Below, piece after piece: positions 45,597-56,978 of a DNA stretch of 64,000 nt; position 1 is the stretch's first letter; the number at the start of each line of letters is the position of its first letter. The translations under genes were made by a program, and so were the position numbers. This DNA is from Naegleria gruberi (lineage: Eukaryota), in assembly GCA_000004985.1 (NCBI GenBank), contig GG738898.1; one strand, given 5' to 3'. A model generated the notes under the pieces. That model was not told the DNA's origin and did not search any database. It was given only the letters and a program-made list of their open reading frames with translations.

Positions 45597-46242
45597 CTTG
45601 TTGTTTTGCAGTATTATTATTAAACTGTTTGTGTTTTTTTTTGTTCAATTCAAGTTCACCGTTTTTGTTTTTAAAAGAAAATCAACGGAAGGTAAAATTA
45701 GAGTTTGCAGTTCGATGGAGTTAGTTTACTAGTATTCTCTGGCTTTTGTAAGTTACAACTTCGGTTTCTTCGGTATACATTTCATAAGGATTGGATGGAA
45801 TTTAATAAATAATAATGAAAGAAAATCAATTTTGAAACACGTGTTGTTGTTTCAAAGTTCACACAGTGCGACCATTCAATGAATATTACATTGTGAATTA
45901 AGTGAAAGTTCATAGACTAATATCGCATTGCATTGAAAGGATAATAAGGAAATTTATTTGGACAATGAATGCCATCTTCTTGTCCAAAACAAACAAGTAA
46001 CTATTAAAGAATTTACAAATTATTATATCGCCCTAGTATAGTGAAATACTACATTAAAGAAGGTATTCTATTAAGGAAAGTACTTGAAAAAAATTGAGAG
46101 AAGAGTTAAGGGTAGGAGCAATTCAAATAGAGAGCGTTTGTAAATAATAAGAATACCACCACAACAACTAGAAACCATCTCCTCATTTCCAACCTCTCTA
46201 ATATATAACAGCATAATAAGAAAATATAAAATCATAATAATA

Positions 46243-47627
46243 ATGGGAGCTAGTAAATCTAAGGTATTCAGAGAAATTGTTCCGAAACGAGTGTTACTTT
46301 TGGGACTTGATGGTTCTGGTAAAACAAGTAAGTTACCTTTCCACATTACTCGAGTAATGTTAAACCTTGTCCCTAGCCATACTATATTCCATTAAATTAG
46401 GAAAATTCATCACTACAGTTAATACAATTGGATATAATGTTGAGACGATTAAGTGTGGCAAGTATGAATTGAATATTTTCGTAAGTGGTATTATTATTAT
46501 AATTATATTCCTAAACTCGACCATTAATAATTCAAATATAACCAATTCATACATTTACATCATCATTCACCTGAAAAAAACAGGACGTTGGAGGAAAGAA
46601 ACACATCAGATCATTATGGAATTGTTACTATGACAATAATCAAGCTATAATATTTGTTATTGACTCGTCGGAACCAACTCGATTGAGGGAGGCAAGAAGA
46701 GAGTTGAGAAAGTTACTATCCGATGAACGTCTCTCTCATCTTCCCTTCCTCATCATGATTAATAAGGTTGATTGTTGTAAGGCAATGTCACATACATCTT
46801 CTCATTCGCCACAACATATTCCTCTCGAGGATTTTGAGGATTTTCTGATAAGAGGTGTTGAAAGTGATGCTCTTCAACAACTAAGATTGGAAGCACTCAC
46901 TGCCATGGATGAACATCATGATGAAACTGATGAATCTCTATTATCGGAACACAATTCTGAGAGTTCAGGAGGTGCATTCCTTCAGCAACAACAACAGAGG
47001 GAAATGCCAGCTGTTATAGAGAATAGACACTTGAGTAGAGTGAGATTTGCCATGGATTATCCCTCAACAAGTACACAACCAACAACTAGTTTTGATAACA
47101 CAAATTCCACAACAGCATCTTTCCGATTTGCCAATTCTCCAACAAGTGAAAAGATCCTTCTGAAAACTCTAAGAGAAAGGAAAGGTTTACTACAATCATC
47201 TCCAACCACTAATGTCAATAATAATACGAGTGTAATATCCAACTCTCCACCACTACAGCAACAAGTAAGCTCACCTTCACCACCTTCCATCTTTCCAAAT
47301 ACACTTCAAATAGGAGATAATTCACCATGTTATAGTGACAACTATCTGTACAGCAATAATAGTCAACAGGGTGGAGGAACATGTTCCACATCTGATTTGG
47401 ATTCATCCTTCCAATGTTTGCATCACTATGAAGAGGAGGAAGATGATTATGCAGAGCTGAATTTTCCACTCGGAAAGAAACAATACCACCTACAGCCTTG
47501 TTGTGCACTTGATGGAGGAGGAATTATGCAAGGTTTTGCATGGATGTGTTCCTACTTTGATAGTCTTGAAGAGGAGCAGAGATATTCTTCTGCCTCTGGA
47601 GAGAACAAGACGATCCAGCTCAGATAG
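46243..47627 (+). CDS. ARF-like (ARL) small GTPase with ~230-aa Ser/Gln-rich C-terminal extension, 3 exons
   Basis: Exon 1 is 46243-46327 (MGASKSKVFREIVPKRVLLLGLDGSGKT). Intron 1 is 46328-46376 (GTAAGT..TAG). Exon 2 is 46377-46480 (TILYSIKLGKFITTVNTIGYNVETIKCGKYELNIF). Intron 2 is 46481-46583. Exon 3 starts at 46584 (DVGGKKHIRSLW...FLIMINKVD...). No canonical G5 (SAx) motif was found after NKVD. Confidence 0.7.
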
Positions 47628-48331
47628 AGCCATGTCATGTTCTTCAGTGGATCATAATCCACCACCTGTAGCGACAAGGCATTCTTCCAGTGGATCTTTA
47701 ATAAAGACACAACAGCTGTTGTAGTTTAGTCAACCAATTATCTAGCACATCTTTTGTTTGCATAACTTCCGGACCGTTGCGTTACGCAATTTGGTTTTTT
47801 TTACAAGAATAAATTTCGAAAGCATTTCAAAAATTTTTAAAAAAATATTTTATCCAAATAATCTAAGCCAACACTGTGGTCGTCCTATTTATCAAGGAAC
47901 AAACACTACGAACCACACACAACATCACCATCAACTCTAACTCTACGAACAGTTTATTTCTAAATTTTAGGTTTTCTCCAGCTGAAAGTTTAAAAGCGAA
48001 AACAATTGTCTAGAGTTTATTAAACATAACGGAAAAAGTTTTAATATTGTTCAGGTAAGCTATTGATCATCACTATGATTATATATTTATTAATATTAAT
48101 TCTATTAATTATATAATGTTTTTTAACCTTCCGTGATGATCACCATAAAAATTAAAATTTTAAAAATCGAATTGGTGTTGTGATGAAAATTAATAATACA
48201 AAATTTTATAATAATATTATTTGGTTGAACCATCATGTATTCAACAATAATTATCACCCGACCATCATCATCCTTTGACTTTGCTCAACCACCTCTCTTA
48301 ACAATGTTAAACATTACTATTATTTAGGAAA

Positions 48332-49963
48332 ATGTCAGAAGTCAGCACAGAAACAAACGATACCAAGAAGGAGGAAACTCCAGTTACTGAAGAAGCTCCT
48401 AAAAGCCCAACCAAAGTGGCTGATCCAACTAGTGCAGAATCAACAACATCAACAACAGATCTAGGTAAAAAAGAAGAAATAATCTCAGACTTGGAAGCAA
48501 CAGCAATGACTGATGAGTTTGAATACTTGATTAATGGAGCCACCAATCCAGCAGGTTCTTCTAATGGTAGAGTTTCATTCTTGTCTTCAGAAGAAGAAGA
48601 GGAAGAAGCTGCAATGCAAGCACCTATTGTCTATCAATCAATGCAACCATCTAGTTCCACAATGGATGAAGAAGACCTCTATCTTGTCAAGACCACCCTC
48701 AAGTCAGACTATGATGAGGAATCTTTGAAATTCGAACATGAATACTTCCCTAAGGATATTATTCACAACTTTGCAATTACCTTGTGGAGAATGCCAATCA
48801 AGACTATCAAACATATTGCTAGTAAGAATAATGTTACCATTTCCGATCCAAAATTAAAGAAGGGAAAGAGACTCACAGAAGACCACAAGAAGGAATTCTT
48901 GATTTTTGAAATTGGAAAGAAGGTTGTTAGTGTTGGTGTCAAACATTTCCTCACTGAATTGGATAGAGAAGATATGAGATTTGCTCTCAAGGATTTAATA
49001 AGCAACGAGACTGCTATGGATATTGTTGAAAATGCAAAGCAACAAAAGGACATTGATGAAGAACATTTATTGAGTGCTAAAAACATCCATCTCTTTAAGA
49101 AATCTGATTTGAGATTTAACTTTAAATTGATTTTCGAAAAGATGGGTGCTGAAGAATTGTTAGATGCTCTCACTGATGCCACACTCATTCTCTTCTTGCA
49201 AGCTTTGGAAATTAATGAAGTTGACACTACTCACTCTAACTTGGTTGATGCCATCTTGGAAGAAGTCTTCTTGTATGGTGCAAAGGAAGTTTTGGCCAAG
49301 TGTAAAAAGTCAATTCTCAGAGAAGCTGCTGAAGCTGCTCAATATGAACAAAAGAAACAAGTCTTTGATGCATCACCAACTAAGGAAATGCTTTCTGAAG
49401 TTATTCTCGTTGATGAATTCCCTCATGTTGCTGAGGATTTAATGTCAAGACTCAAGAAGAAGAAGCCACACTTGTTCGATGATTCTAGCAATATTAAACC
49501 AAAGAAGAGATCATACACTGAAGCTGCTGCTAGTGTTGTTGCCTCTTCCTTGACTGAAGATGATGAATTTGATGATCATTCTGATATTGATGGAGTCAAT
49601 TCTCCAAACTCTAAGAACCACAAGAAACGTGGAAGAAAACGCGTCATTAATACTGAAGGAGAAAGACCACAAATTGATCGTGGCATTACTTATAATGATC
49701 TCAAGGACAAGTATTTGGTACAAGAATTAATCTCCTTTGCTCAATCTAAGGGAATCAAATACGTGGGTGTAAAGAAGACAGACCTCTGTAACAGTATCAT
49801 TAAGTATTTGAATGGTGAATTGGTTCCTTCCTTGAAGAAGAGGGGAAGAGGTCGTCCACCAAAGAAGAGAAAGGAAAATCCAGAAGATGGTGATGATCAC
49901 GATGATGATGACACTATGGAAGAAGGTCACGAAGTTGCTGATTCTATGGAAGGTGAAGAGTAA
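48332..49963 (+). CDS. Acidic nuclear protein with C-terminal SAP-like domain and AT-hook (DEK-like architecture)
   Basis: This is a 543-aa ORF with acidic E/D runs. It has a SAP-like ITYNDLKDKYLVQELISFAQSKGIKYVGVKKTDLCNSIIKYL segment, then an AT-hook KKRGRGRPPKKRK. A possible 5'-UTR intron lies upstream (GTAAGC at ~48056 ... TTTAG at ~48329). Confidence 0.6.
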   Translation: MSEVSTETNDTKKEETPVTEEAPKSPTKVADPTSAESTTSTTDLGKKEEIISDLEATAMTDEFEYLINGATNPAGSSNGRVSFLSSEEEEEEAAMQAPIVYQSMQPSSSTMDEEDLYLVKTTLKSDYDEESLKFEHEYFPKDIIHNFAITLWRMPIKTIKHIASKNNVTISDPKLKKGKRLTEDHKKEFLIFEIGKKVVSVGVKHFLTELDREDMRFALKDLISNETAMDIVENAKQQKDIDEEHLLSAKNIHLFKKSDLRFNFKLIFEKMGAEELLDALTDATLILFLQALEINEVDTTHSNLVDAILEEVFLYGAKEVLAKCKKSILREAAEAAQYEQKKQVFDASPTKEMLSEVILVDEFPHVAEDLMSRLKKKKPHLFDDSSNIKPKKRSYTEAAASVVASSLTEDDEFDDHSDIDGVNSPNSKNHKKRGRKRVINTEGERPQIDRGITYNDLKDKYLVQELISFAQSKGIKYVGVKKTDLCNSIIKYLNGELVPSLKKRGRGRPPKKRKENPEDGDDHDDDDTMEEGHEVADSMEGEE

Positions 49964-50092
49964 AATATTTTGTATTGTAAATAGTAATAAAACCAATTGA
50001 CTTATGATTCTTAACAAATCATTTCCTCTCAGGAGACAGACAAAGTATGAGAACATTCTCAAGTCCTTCCTCCTTACCATCCTCGGGTAAGG

Positions 50093-51700
50093 CTATGTCT
50101 TGTCAAATAGCTCAACTAATGGTGAAAAATCATCCTGAACATTTAGGTCAAACCAAACCATATATCCCAATCTTAAAACCTTAACACTATCACAATTCAG
50201 CAAATGATGTGAAATCCACTCTACAATTTCAATCATTTTCTGTACAGTCATATTCTCTTCCTTATAATCCTTATCTTCTCTTTCTATTTTAAATATCAAT
50301 TGTTTCAATTGTTGCAATTTCTCAAGTTCCTCAAAAAAGATTCCACTCTCTTCCTTCGTGACTCGGAAATCATTAATTCTTAATATTCTCAAATTTGTCA
50401 ATTTACCTAAATGCTGCCATTTCTCTTTTCTATATTTCAAGTCATATTGTTCCTGACCAATGGAGTCTCTTGATACTTCTAATTCTTCCAAGTTGGGAAT
50501 TAGAGTAAAATTTAGAAATTTCCAACCAAATGAAAGAGCTAGGGATTTAAGGACAGGAAATCCATTTTTAATTAGTGATTCATTCCATTTCTGATACGAT
50601 CTAACTCTTAATTTCTGTATTGATTTGGATTTGGCAAGTTCAGCAAACGATGTAAATTGCAAATAACAGTCTAGGGTTAGTATTTGTAATTTTGAAACTT
50701 TTGAAATTATTGAACAAATTTCTTGTTCAACATTCTCGAGATAATTACCATTAATGTCTGATATTTCCAATACCCTTAGGTTTTTCAATCTTGTTAACAG
50801 GTAAACACTCTCAAGGTGGAGCCCATTGTTTATACTAAACTCTTCTAAATTTGGAAAACAGGGAATAAAATCATAGGTTAATGTGTTTTTTCTGGATGAT
50901 ATTGAAGTAATTATTTTCAAAGTTTTACAAGTATTGGCTTTAAACTTTTCTTGTGAATTATATCCAACATAATTTCCTAGTTCAATATTTTCCGTATTTG
51001 GAAATACCTTCAACAATAAAGGCAACAATTCCATTCCATCTTTCTTCAAATTTATAGATTTAATATGTTTAAATGCTGATTGGTTTTCTTTTGATTTTAA
51101 CATTATTTCAGTTCTTTTTTTAAGTTCTTCCATATATGTATGTTCTTTTGTAAACATTCTTTCATTAATTCTTGTTGCTTGTTTAATTATTTGAGCCTCC
51201 CAAAATGATAAATTGGGTGAATTTAATCTTTTTGCAATTCCAAACAAAATCTTGACTTGTTCCAAACTATATTTATGTTTACAATCAAGAACAATGCCAT
51301 GTTTAAATGTGAACCGAACTCTACCATCCAAATAATATCTTCCAAACCAATCCTTTGCAAATCGGGTCCAATTCATGAATGAATCATTCCAAAATTCCCT
51401 CTTTCCAACATTGGGTTCAATCTCAACTGTTCCAACAAAATCAAAGATCATATCAATGCAATCATAGGCAATCCAAGCAAAACTTCGTTTCGGTGGTCTT
51501 TTAGTTGGTTGCTTATTATTGCTTAATTGATTCTTTGCATTCCGATGAAGATTATTGTTATAATTTGAGCATGATGATTTCAAAGTTCGATTATCCAATA
51601 CTGCAAGAGTATTTGTATTGGTTGTGTGAGTAGTGGATCTTCGGGTTGGTTTGATCATTTTTTTAATGGATATTTGGGATTTACTTTTGTTACAGCTCAA
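50093..51700 (-). CDS. Leucine-rich-repeat protein (F-box-like N-terminal region), hypothetical
   Basis: This is a 535-aa ORF. It contains SFAWIAYDCIDMIFDFV and then repeated L..L..L.L units (NLRVLEISDINGN, KLQILTLDCY, NLEELEVSRDSIG...). Confidence 0.55.
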   Translation of the reverse strand: MSCNKSKSQISIKKMIKPTRRSTTHTTNTNTLAVLDNRTLKSSCSNYNNNLHRNAKNQLSNNKQPTKRPPKRSFAWIAYDCIDMIFDFVGTVEIEPNVGKREFWNDSFMNWTRFAKDWFGRYYLDGRVRFTFKHGIVLDCKHKYSLEQVKILFGIAKRLNSPNLSFWEAQIIKQATRINERMFTKEHTYMEELKKRTEIMLKSKENQSAFKHIKSINLKKDGMELLPLLLKVFPNTENIELGNYVGYNSQEKFKANTCKTLKIITSISSRKNTLTYDFIPCFPNLEEFSINNGLHLESVYLLTRLKNLRVLEISDINGNYLENVEQEICSIISKVSKLQILTLDCYLQFTSFAELAKSKSIQKLRVRSYQKWNESLIKNGFPVLKSLALSFGWKFLNFTLIPNLEELEVSRDSIGQEQYDLKYRKEKWQHLGKLTNLRILRINDFRVTKEESGIFFEELEKLQQLKQLIFKIEREDKDYKEENMTVQKMIEIVEWISHHLLNCDSVKVLRLGYMVWFDLNVQDDFSPLVELFDKT

Positions 51701-51846
51701 TTACTCCTATTCCTTAAATTCCGTAACAATAAAAAACCAAATTGGCCAAGTACCTGGTACTCCAGCCTTTTTACTTTGCATATTATTTGAAAATTATTAA
51801 GGAACGAGATCTATGTACATTAAAAGTTATTATTTTTTGGGATTTG

Positions 51847-51954
51847 ATGGCTACGGCCATATCACGATGAATGCACCTCATCCCGTCCGATTTGAGAAGT
51901 TAAGCATCGTCGAGCCACATCAGTACTGAGGTTGGAGACAACTTGGGAACCTGT
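51847..51954 (+). pseudogene. 5S rRNA copy, 3'-truncated (lacks the 3' strand of helix I)
   Basis: Positions 51847-51954 are identical to the corresponding 108 nt of the intact copy at 52316-52435 (ATGGCTACGGCCATATCACG...GTTGGAGACAACTTGGGAACCTGT). It then diverges into AAATTCATTTT instead of GGTGCTGTAGTC. Confidence 0.6.
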
Positions 51955-52310
51955 AAATTCATTTTACAAATTGTTAGATGAATTGTGGGGTGGATTAGCA
52001 TTTGAATTTGTGAAGAATTCAAATAGGATAAAGACTATTAACAAACAAACATTATTTTTGATCAATTTGAAGCATTAACAAATATAATTAGATTACATAA
52101 ATCTTTTCTCATTGTTTCCACTAATTAATTCTAATCCAAATTTGTTTGCCTTATTAAATCCAATAACTTGAAGGAAAATCTTGGAAGACAGAGAGTACTG
52201 GAGTAAGATTGTGCTTAGACTTGAAATTCTAAAAATATTTTGAAAACAACAAACTCGTGTCCCTGAATCATGGTATTTTAATTGGCATTTCCTATTCTCT
52301 CCATAAAGAT

Positions 52311-52315
52311 AAAAA
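52311..52315 (-). terminator. Pol III T5 terminator of the intact 5S gene
   Basis: AAAAA on the plus strand lies immediately 3' (minus sense) of the 5S 3' end. Confidence 0.5.
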
Positions 52316-52435
52316 GACTACAGCACCACAGGTTCCCAAGTTGTCTCCAACCTCAGTACTGATGTGGCTCGACGATGCTTAACTTCTCAAATCGGACGGG
52401 ATGAGGTGCATTCATCGTGATATGGCCGTAGCCAT
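52316..52435 (-). rRNA. 5S rRNA (120 nt, intact)
   Basis: It has the canonical 5S motifs (ACGGCCATA, CATCCCGTCCGAT, AAGTTAAGC, GTACT, GGGAAC). Helix I pairs the 5' GGCUACGGC with the 3' GCUGUAGUC. A TTTTT run follows on the minus strand (plus 52311-52315). Confidence 0.85.
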
Positions 52436-52733
52436 TCACTAACAAAAAATGTTGAATATTAATGAAGAAAACTCTTGTCTGCAATTATGAAACATAAATT
52501 GACCTCCTAATAATCCAATAGTCACAATCCAGTTCGTTATCTTTAAAGCAGCAAACAATTTCCATTCAAATTTCATCTTGCTCATTCATTTCCATTTATC
52601 AACAAGCAACTTGGCATCTCTGATAAAGACACATCAGGTCCAAACTAATCCACTCCTCGACCCGTCAATCTACAAAATCAGATAAACACATCTACGAAAT
52701 AAGAACCATCAAATATCCAAACATAAAAAAAAA

Positions 52734-55366
52734 ATGAACAAGACATTTGGCATGTTATCATGTCTGTTACTCTGTCTCATTGTATGCCTCGTCAGTGAAG
52801 AGACACACGCATTGACAGCAACAGAATTATTGCAAGTTAGAGCAACTCTCCTTTCAAATGTCACTTCAATTCCTTATTCATATGTTGGTTATTTGTTTAG
52901 TCATGGCAGCAATTCTGTTCCAATTATTGTTGGTTCTGGAGGTAATGCAGTAGTAGTTGCAGCTACTAGCTCCAATTCCTTGTCCACAGCTGGTCGAATT
53001 TGTGCATTTGGACATAACGGTTATGCATACACATCTGACATGACATCTGGCACAGCTCAATTATTGAAAAATTGTGCTAAATGGACTACCAAAAACAAAG
53101 CCAATGTCAGTTACATGCTACACGGAGTCAGTCAAAGTGGTGGCTCCACTTTTTATAACTCAATTTCAGGATTTTCATTGAACACATCAAAGAATGCATT
53201 CGACGAATTGGTTCGTCCATTAGAAAGCGTTGATTTACTAATTTTGAATTTAAATTCACTCTCAGGTGAGGCAACCTCCACTCAAATCCAAATGCTCTCC
53301 GACTTTTTGAATAGAGGTGGTGGAATTATTTGTGTAACTACTGCTTGGGCTTATTCCATTTCTGGAAATAGATTTCCTGGAAATGTGTTCTTTTCCAGAT
53401 TGGGAGTTTCATTCTATACAGCTTATTTTGAAGGTAGCCCATTTGTGGCATCTACTAAGGATTTGAGTGAAGTGAATGCTTATTTCAAATTGGAACAAAT
53501 TCAAAATACCTTTTCTTTATATGGAAATGTTTCTACAGATGATGTGAATACAGTTGGAAATATGCTATCCAATGTGTATCCAACATTGCCACAGCCAATT
53601 ACCTTAAATTCCATTGAAACGAATCAAAAAGCCAAAACTGTCTATGATTCCATTTGTGGAAGTACAACAATTTCCTTCCCAGTTTCGTCTTCTTTCCAGA
53701 AATTCTGTGTAGTCATGGTGGACACACTAAACAAGGCAAACATTTTACCAATCTCAAATAATCCACAAGTTTTGGCAGGTGAAAACTTCCCNNNNNNNNN
53801 NNNNNNNNNNNNNNNNNNNNNNNNNNNNNNNNNNNNNNNNNNNNNNNNNNNNNNNNNNNNNNNNTATATCGTATAGTGGAGGTACCATTTACTTTGATGT
53901 GTCCAAAATTCCGTTATCCTTCACTGCAACCATCACAGGACAAGTGGTAAAAANCTCCCTTTTTTAGAAATGACCTTCACACAGATTCTGATTGGAAAAA
54001 TACCATTAGAAATTATCCAGGACCTTGGGTAGAAGTTGAATCCGATTATTTCGTATTCAATGTTGAGTCGTCCTATGCCAGAAACTTGACAGAATTGACC
54101 AGTGTCACAAATTACTGGAAAAAGGTTTTGGAGCTTTATTATGAACTCTCCCAAAGACCAATTAGAGATTATAAGGAAAGAATGCAAATTGATATCGATA
54201 TTTCAATTGGATATATGCATTCTGGATACCCAATTATGGCATTTCAGGACCAAAATGAAGGAACTATTAAGGCAGTCAACCCTGCCAACATGGCTCTTGC
54301 TTCAAAAACTCCTGGACGTTGGGGACATTACCATGAATTGGGACACAATTTCCAAGTTTCTGATTGGACCTACTCTCAAGCAGTTGAAGTAACTTGTAAT
54401 ATTTTCTCTTTATATTTGGAAGAGAATTTCCCAGATTCGGCCAATACTTATGGAAAGTCGTTTAATCCACCGAGAGGTCTTGAGACCACTTTTAAGGGAA
54501 ATACTCAGGATTATAAGGGGGATTGGACAAGTGCTGGTTTATTGTTTTATTTGGATTTGATTCAAGCTTTCGGTTGGGTTTCTATTCGAAAGGCATTTGC
54601 TGAATATTATACAGCAGCTTCTGGAACTTTACCAACCAGCGAGGATGAAAAGAGAGATCAATGGGTTGTAAGATACAGTAAGATTGTTGGTAGAAATCTT
54701 GGGCCTTTCTGTGATGCTTGGAGTTTCCCAATTTCACAATCAGCCAAAAGTCAAGTTTCTAATTTAACTTCATGGATGCCAAATAATTTCATTGTTGGAT
54801 GTTCAGTAGCTCGTTTCTCTGATTCACCTTGTGCTTCATTAACCATTCAAGATAATTCCTATGCCAAGTCAACCACCTATGAAGTGAAAATTGTAACTTG
54901 GACACCAGTGAGAAGTATTTATGGTGAACGTTTCATTTTCACTTTCGGTGGTGATTCTCTTCCTCAATTACAAACTGGAACAACAGCTCTCACCTTATTG
55001 GATGGAACAACAAGTTTGAACTCAACTGCTGTTGTGACTAATAATAATGGAACGAGTATTACACTTTCGACCAATGTTGTCGAGTTTGTCAAATCTGGAC
55101 AACTATTGAAATTCTCCTTCCAAGCAAAGAATAGTGTCAAGATTGGAAGCTTTACCACTTCAATTAAGATATTGGATTCAAAGAATGTATTGGTAAATGT
55201 TGTGGAGAGACCATTAGAGTTTACCAATTCAATTGTCATTCCAACTTCATCTTCAACAGTGGTTGGAAAGAAGAGTACAGTTACTGGCAATTCTACCAAG
55301 AACGGGATGAATGTAGTGTTAATTGCATTCTTGATTGGTTGGGTATTATTTGTTTATTCCTTCTAG
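52734..55366 (+). CDS. Secreted/anchored peptidase M60-like (enhancin-like) zinc metallopeptidase with HEXXH motif
   Basis: A signal peptide (MNKTFGMLSCLLLCLIVCLVS) is followed by an N-terminal accessory region. The catalytic region contains WGHYHELGHNFQ (HEXXH). A hydrophobic C-terminus (GMNVVLIAFLIGWVLFVYSF) is compatible with a TM or GPI signal. The gene is split into two ORFs by N-gap 53792-53864 and an ambiguous base at 53954. It is probably one continuous gene. Confidence 0.7.
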
Positions 55367-55436
55367 ACACAACTGGTAAATAAGGATGTTATTGAAATGT
55401 CCTGAATAAATATTTTACATTCAAGATAATACATTT

Positions 55437-56978
55437 TTATTGCTTCTTTGCAACTACCTTCTTAACCTTCTTGACAACTCTCTTCTTTTGTGGTTTAACA
55501 ACTCTACCAGTACCACGAGAGAGGACAAACTTGATATTGAAAGCATCATTTGGTAAAGCGTAATACTTCATGACAAATGACTTGATAATAGCTCTGGAAG
55601 TAGTTTGGTGAGTTTGAATATACTTGACACGATCATTAAAAAGTTTCTTCTTCAAATATTTTGGAGAAGTCTTATTCAATGACTTGCTCTTCTTAAACTT
55701 GGCAACTAAACGTCCCTTATCGTTGAGTGAAAGTCTGACACGTTGTCTGAGCCATTTGGATTTGATCTTTTGAATATTCAAAATGTTTTGACCAATAACA
55801 TAGGAAACCTTAACCAAGGTCTTTGTCTTGTGGAAACAAATGAGTGGTTTGAGGAAGAGATCATTGGTAACTGATTGAGATTCAATCTTTTCCTTATTAC
55901 TAGAATTCTTGCTGACTGTACAAATGTATGGGAGTTTGTTCTTCTTTAAAGCAAGTCTAATGTAGGTCTTTTCAGTATAATCGACTGGCTTTGGAAGACT
56001 CTTCAAAAGTTCATCCTTGTTAGAGGCAGTTTCATAAATCTTCTTCTTCTTTTCAATAGCAGCAACTTGCTTTTCATACTTGGTCTTGAGGAGTTTATGC
56101 AATCCCTTTGGAAGAGTAATCTTACGAGAGGAGAGAACAGCGGCAGCTTCTTTCAATTTGAGAGCGACCTTTTCAAGAGTTGTCTTGGCCCTCTTGATCA
56201 AAATGGTACAAGTGGCAATGTGCTTTTTGTATTGTTCAATCTTGACCTTGCTAACTTGGAGAACTCCCTTCAATTTGTTTTTAATGACCTCAGTGGTAGC
56301 AGCTTCTAATTGTTTTTCCCATTCGACAACCTTCTTCTTTTCTTCTTCCAATTTCAAGTTAAAGACCTTGGAACGAGCATTTTCATAGTTCAAAACCTTG
56401 AAGACATTATTTCTATGTTTGACCAAATAGTTCAAGACAAAGATTTGTCTTCTCAAATAAAAGTACATGGCATTGGAATATCTCTTTTGAGCAATTAAAA
56501 CATCCAACTTGGCAAAATTGACAAGGTATGGAGCAATAAACTTGGTCTTGCCATGCTTTTCCTTTTGAGCCTTGTAAATAGAGACGGCTTGTGACTTACT
56601 CTTCAGAGCAATCTTGTAACGTTTCAACAATTTGGCAATGTGTAAGTTGATCAACTTTTTCAAACGGTTGTATGCAATGGCCTTCTTGGTCTTGAGCTTT
56701 TTGAGATTGTTCAAAGCATTCTTCAACTTGTCATTGTTCAACTTTTTAAGTTTTTGCAATCTGGTGACATTTCTTTCAGCCTTAATCTTGTTATGTTGAT
56801 GTTCAGCCTTGTTTTCCTCATCCTTGCTATCTTCCAAATTCTTCTTTGTCATGACAACCAATTGTTGCAATGGATAGAGTTTCTTATTAATAATAGATCT
56901 CTTTTGTCTGAGAGCCTTGATTATTGTTCGAGCATCAGAGAGTTTTCTAGTGAGGCCAACAAAATGTGAGCCAAACAT
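55437..56978 (-). CDS. Lys-rich basic coiled-coil-like hypothetical protein (513 aa)
   Basis: This is a long ORF with AAG/TTG/GCT/AGA codon usage typical of the window. It has low-complexity K-rich sequence and no recognisable domain. Confidence 0.45.
   Translation of the reverse strand: MFGSHFVGLTRKLSDARTIIKALRQKRSIINKKLYPLQQLVVMTKKNLEDSKDEENKAEHQHNKIKAERNVTRLQKLKKLNNDKLKNALNNLKKLKTKKAIAYNRLKKLINLHIAKLLKRYKIALKSKSQAVSIYKAQKEKHGKTKFIAPYLVNFAKLDVLIAQKRYSNAMYFYLRRQIFVLNYLVKHRNNVFKVLNYENARSKVFNLKLEEEKKKVVEWEKQLEAATTEVIKNKLKGVLQVSKVKIEQYKKHIATCTILIKRAKTTLEKVALKLKEAAAVLSSRKITLPKGLHKLLKTKYEKQVAAIEKKKKIYETASNKDELLKSLPKPVDYTEKTYIRLALKKNKLPYICTVSKNSSNKEKIESQSVTNDLFLKPLICFHKTKTLVKVSYVIGQNILNIQKIKSKWLRQRVRLSLNDKGRLVAKFKKSKSLNKTSPKYLKKKLFNDRVKYIQTHQTTSRAIIKSFVMKYYALPNDAFNIKFVLSRGTGRVVKPQKKRVVKKVKKVVAKKQ

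Noticed and set aside
46071-46633. ORFs 46071-46346, 46360-46554 and 46367-46633
   Set aside because: They overlap the ARL exons and introns in wrong frames or on the wrong strand. The three-exon ARL model explains the region.
47057-47508. Minus-strand ORFs 47057-47290 and 47215-47508
   Set aside because: They are antisense to the ARL C-terminal extension.
47740-47800. GC-rich near-palindrome CCGGACCGTTGCGTTACGCAATT downstream of the ARL gene
   Set aside because: It is an imperfect palindrome and a single occurrence. I could not tie it to any known motif, so it is noted only as a curiosity.
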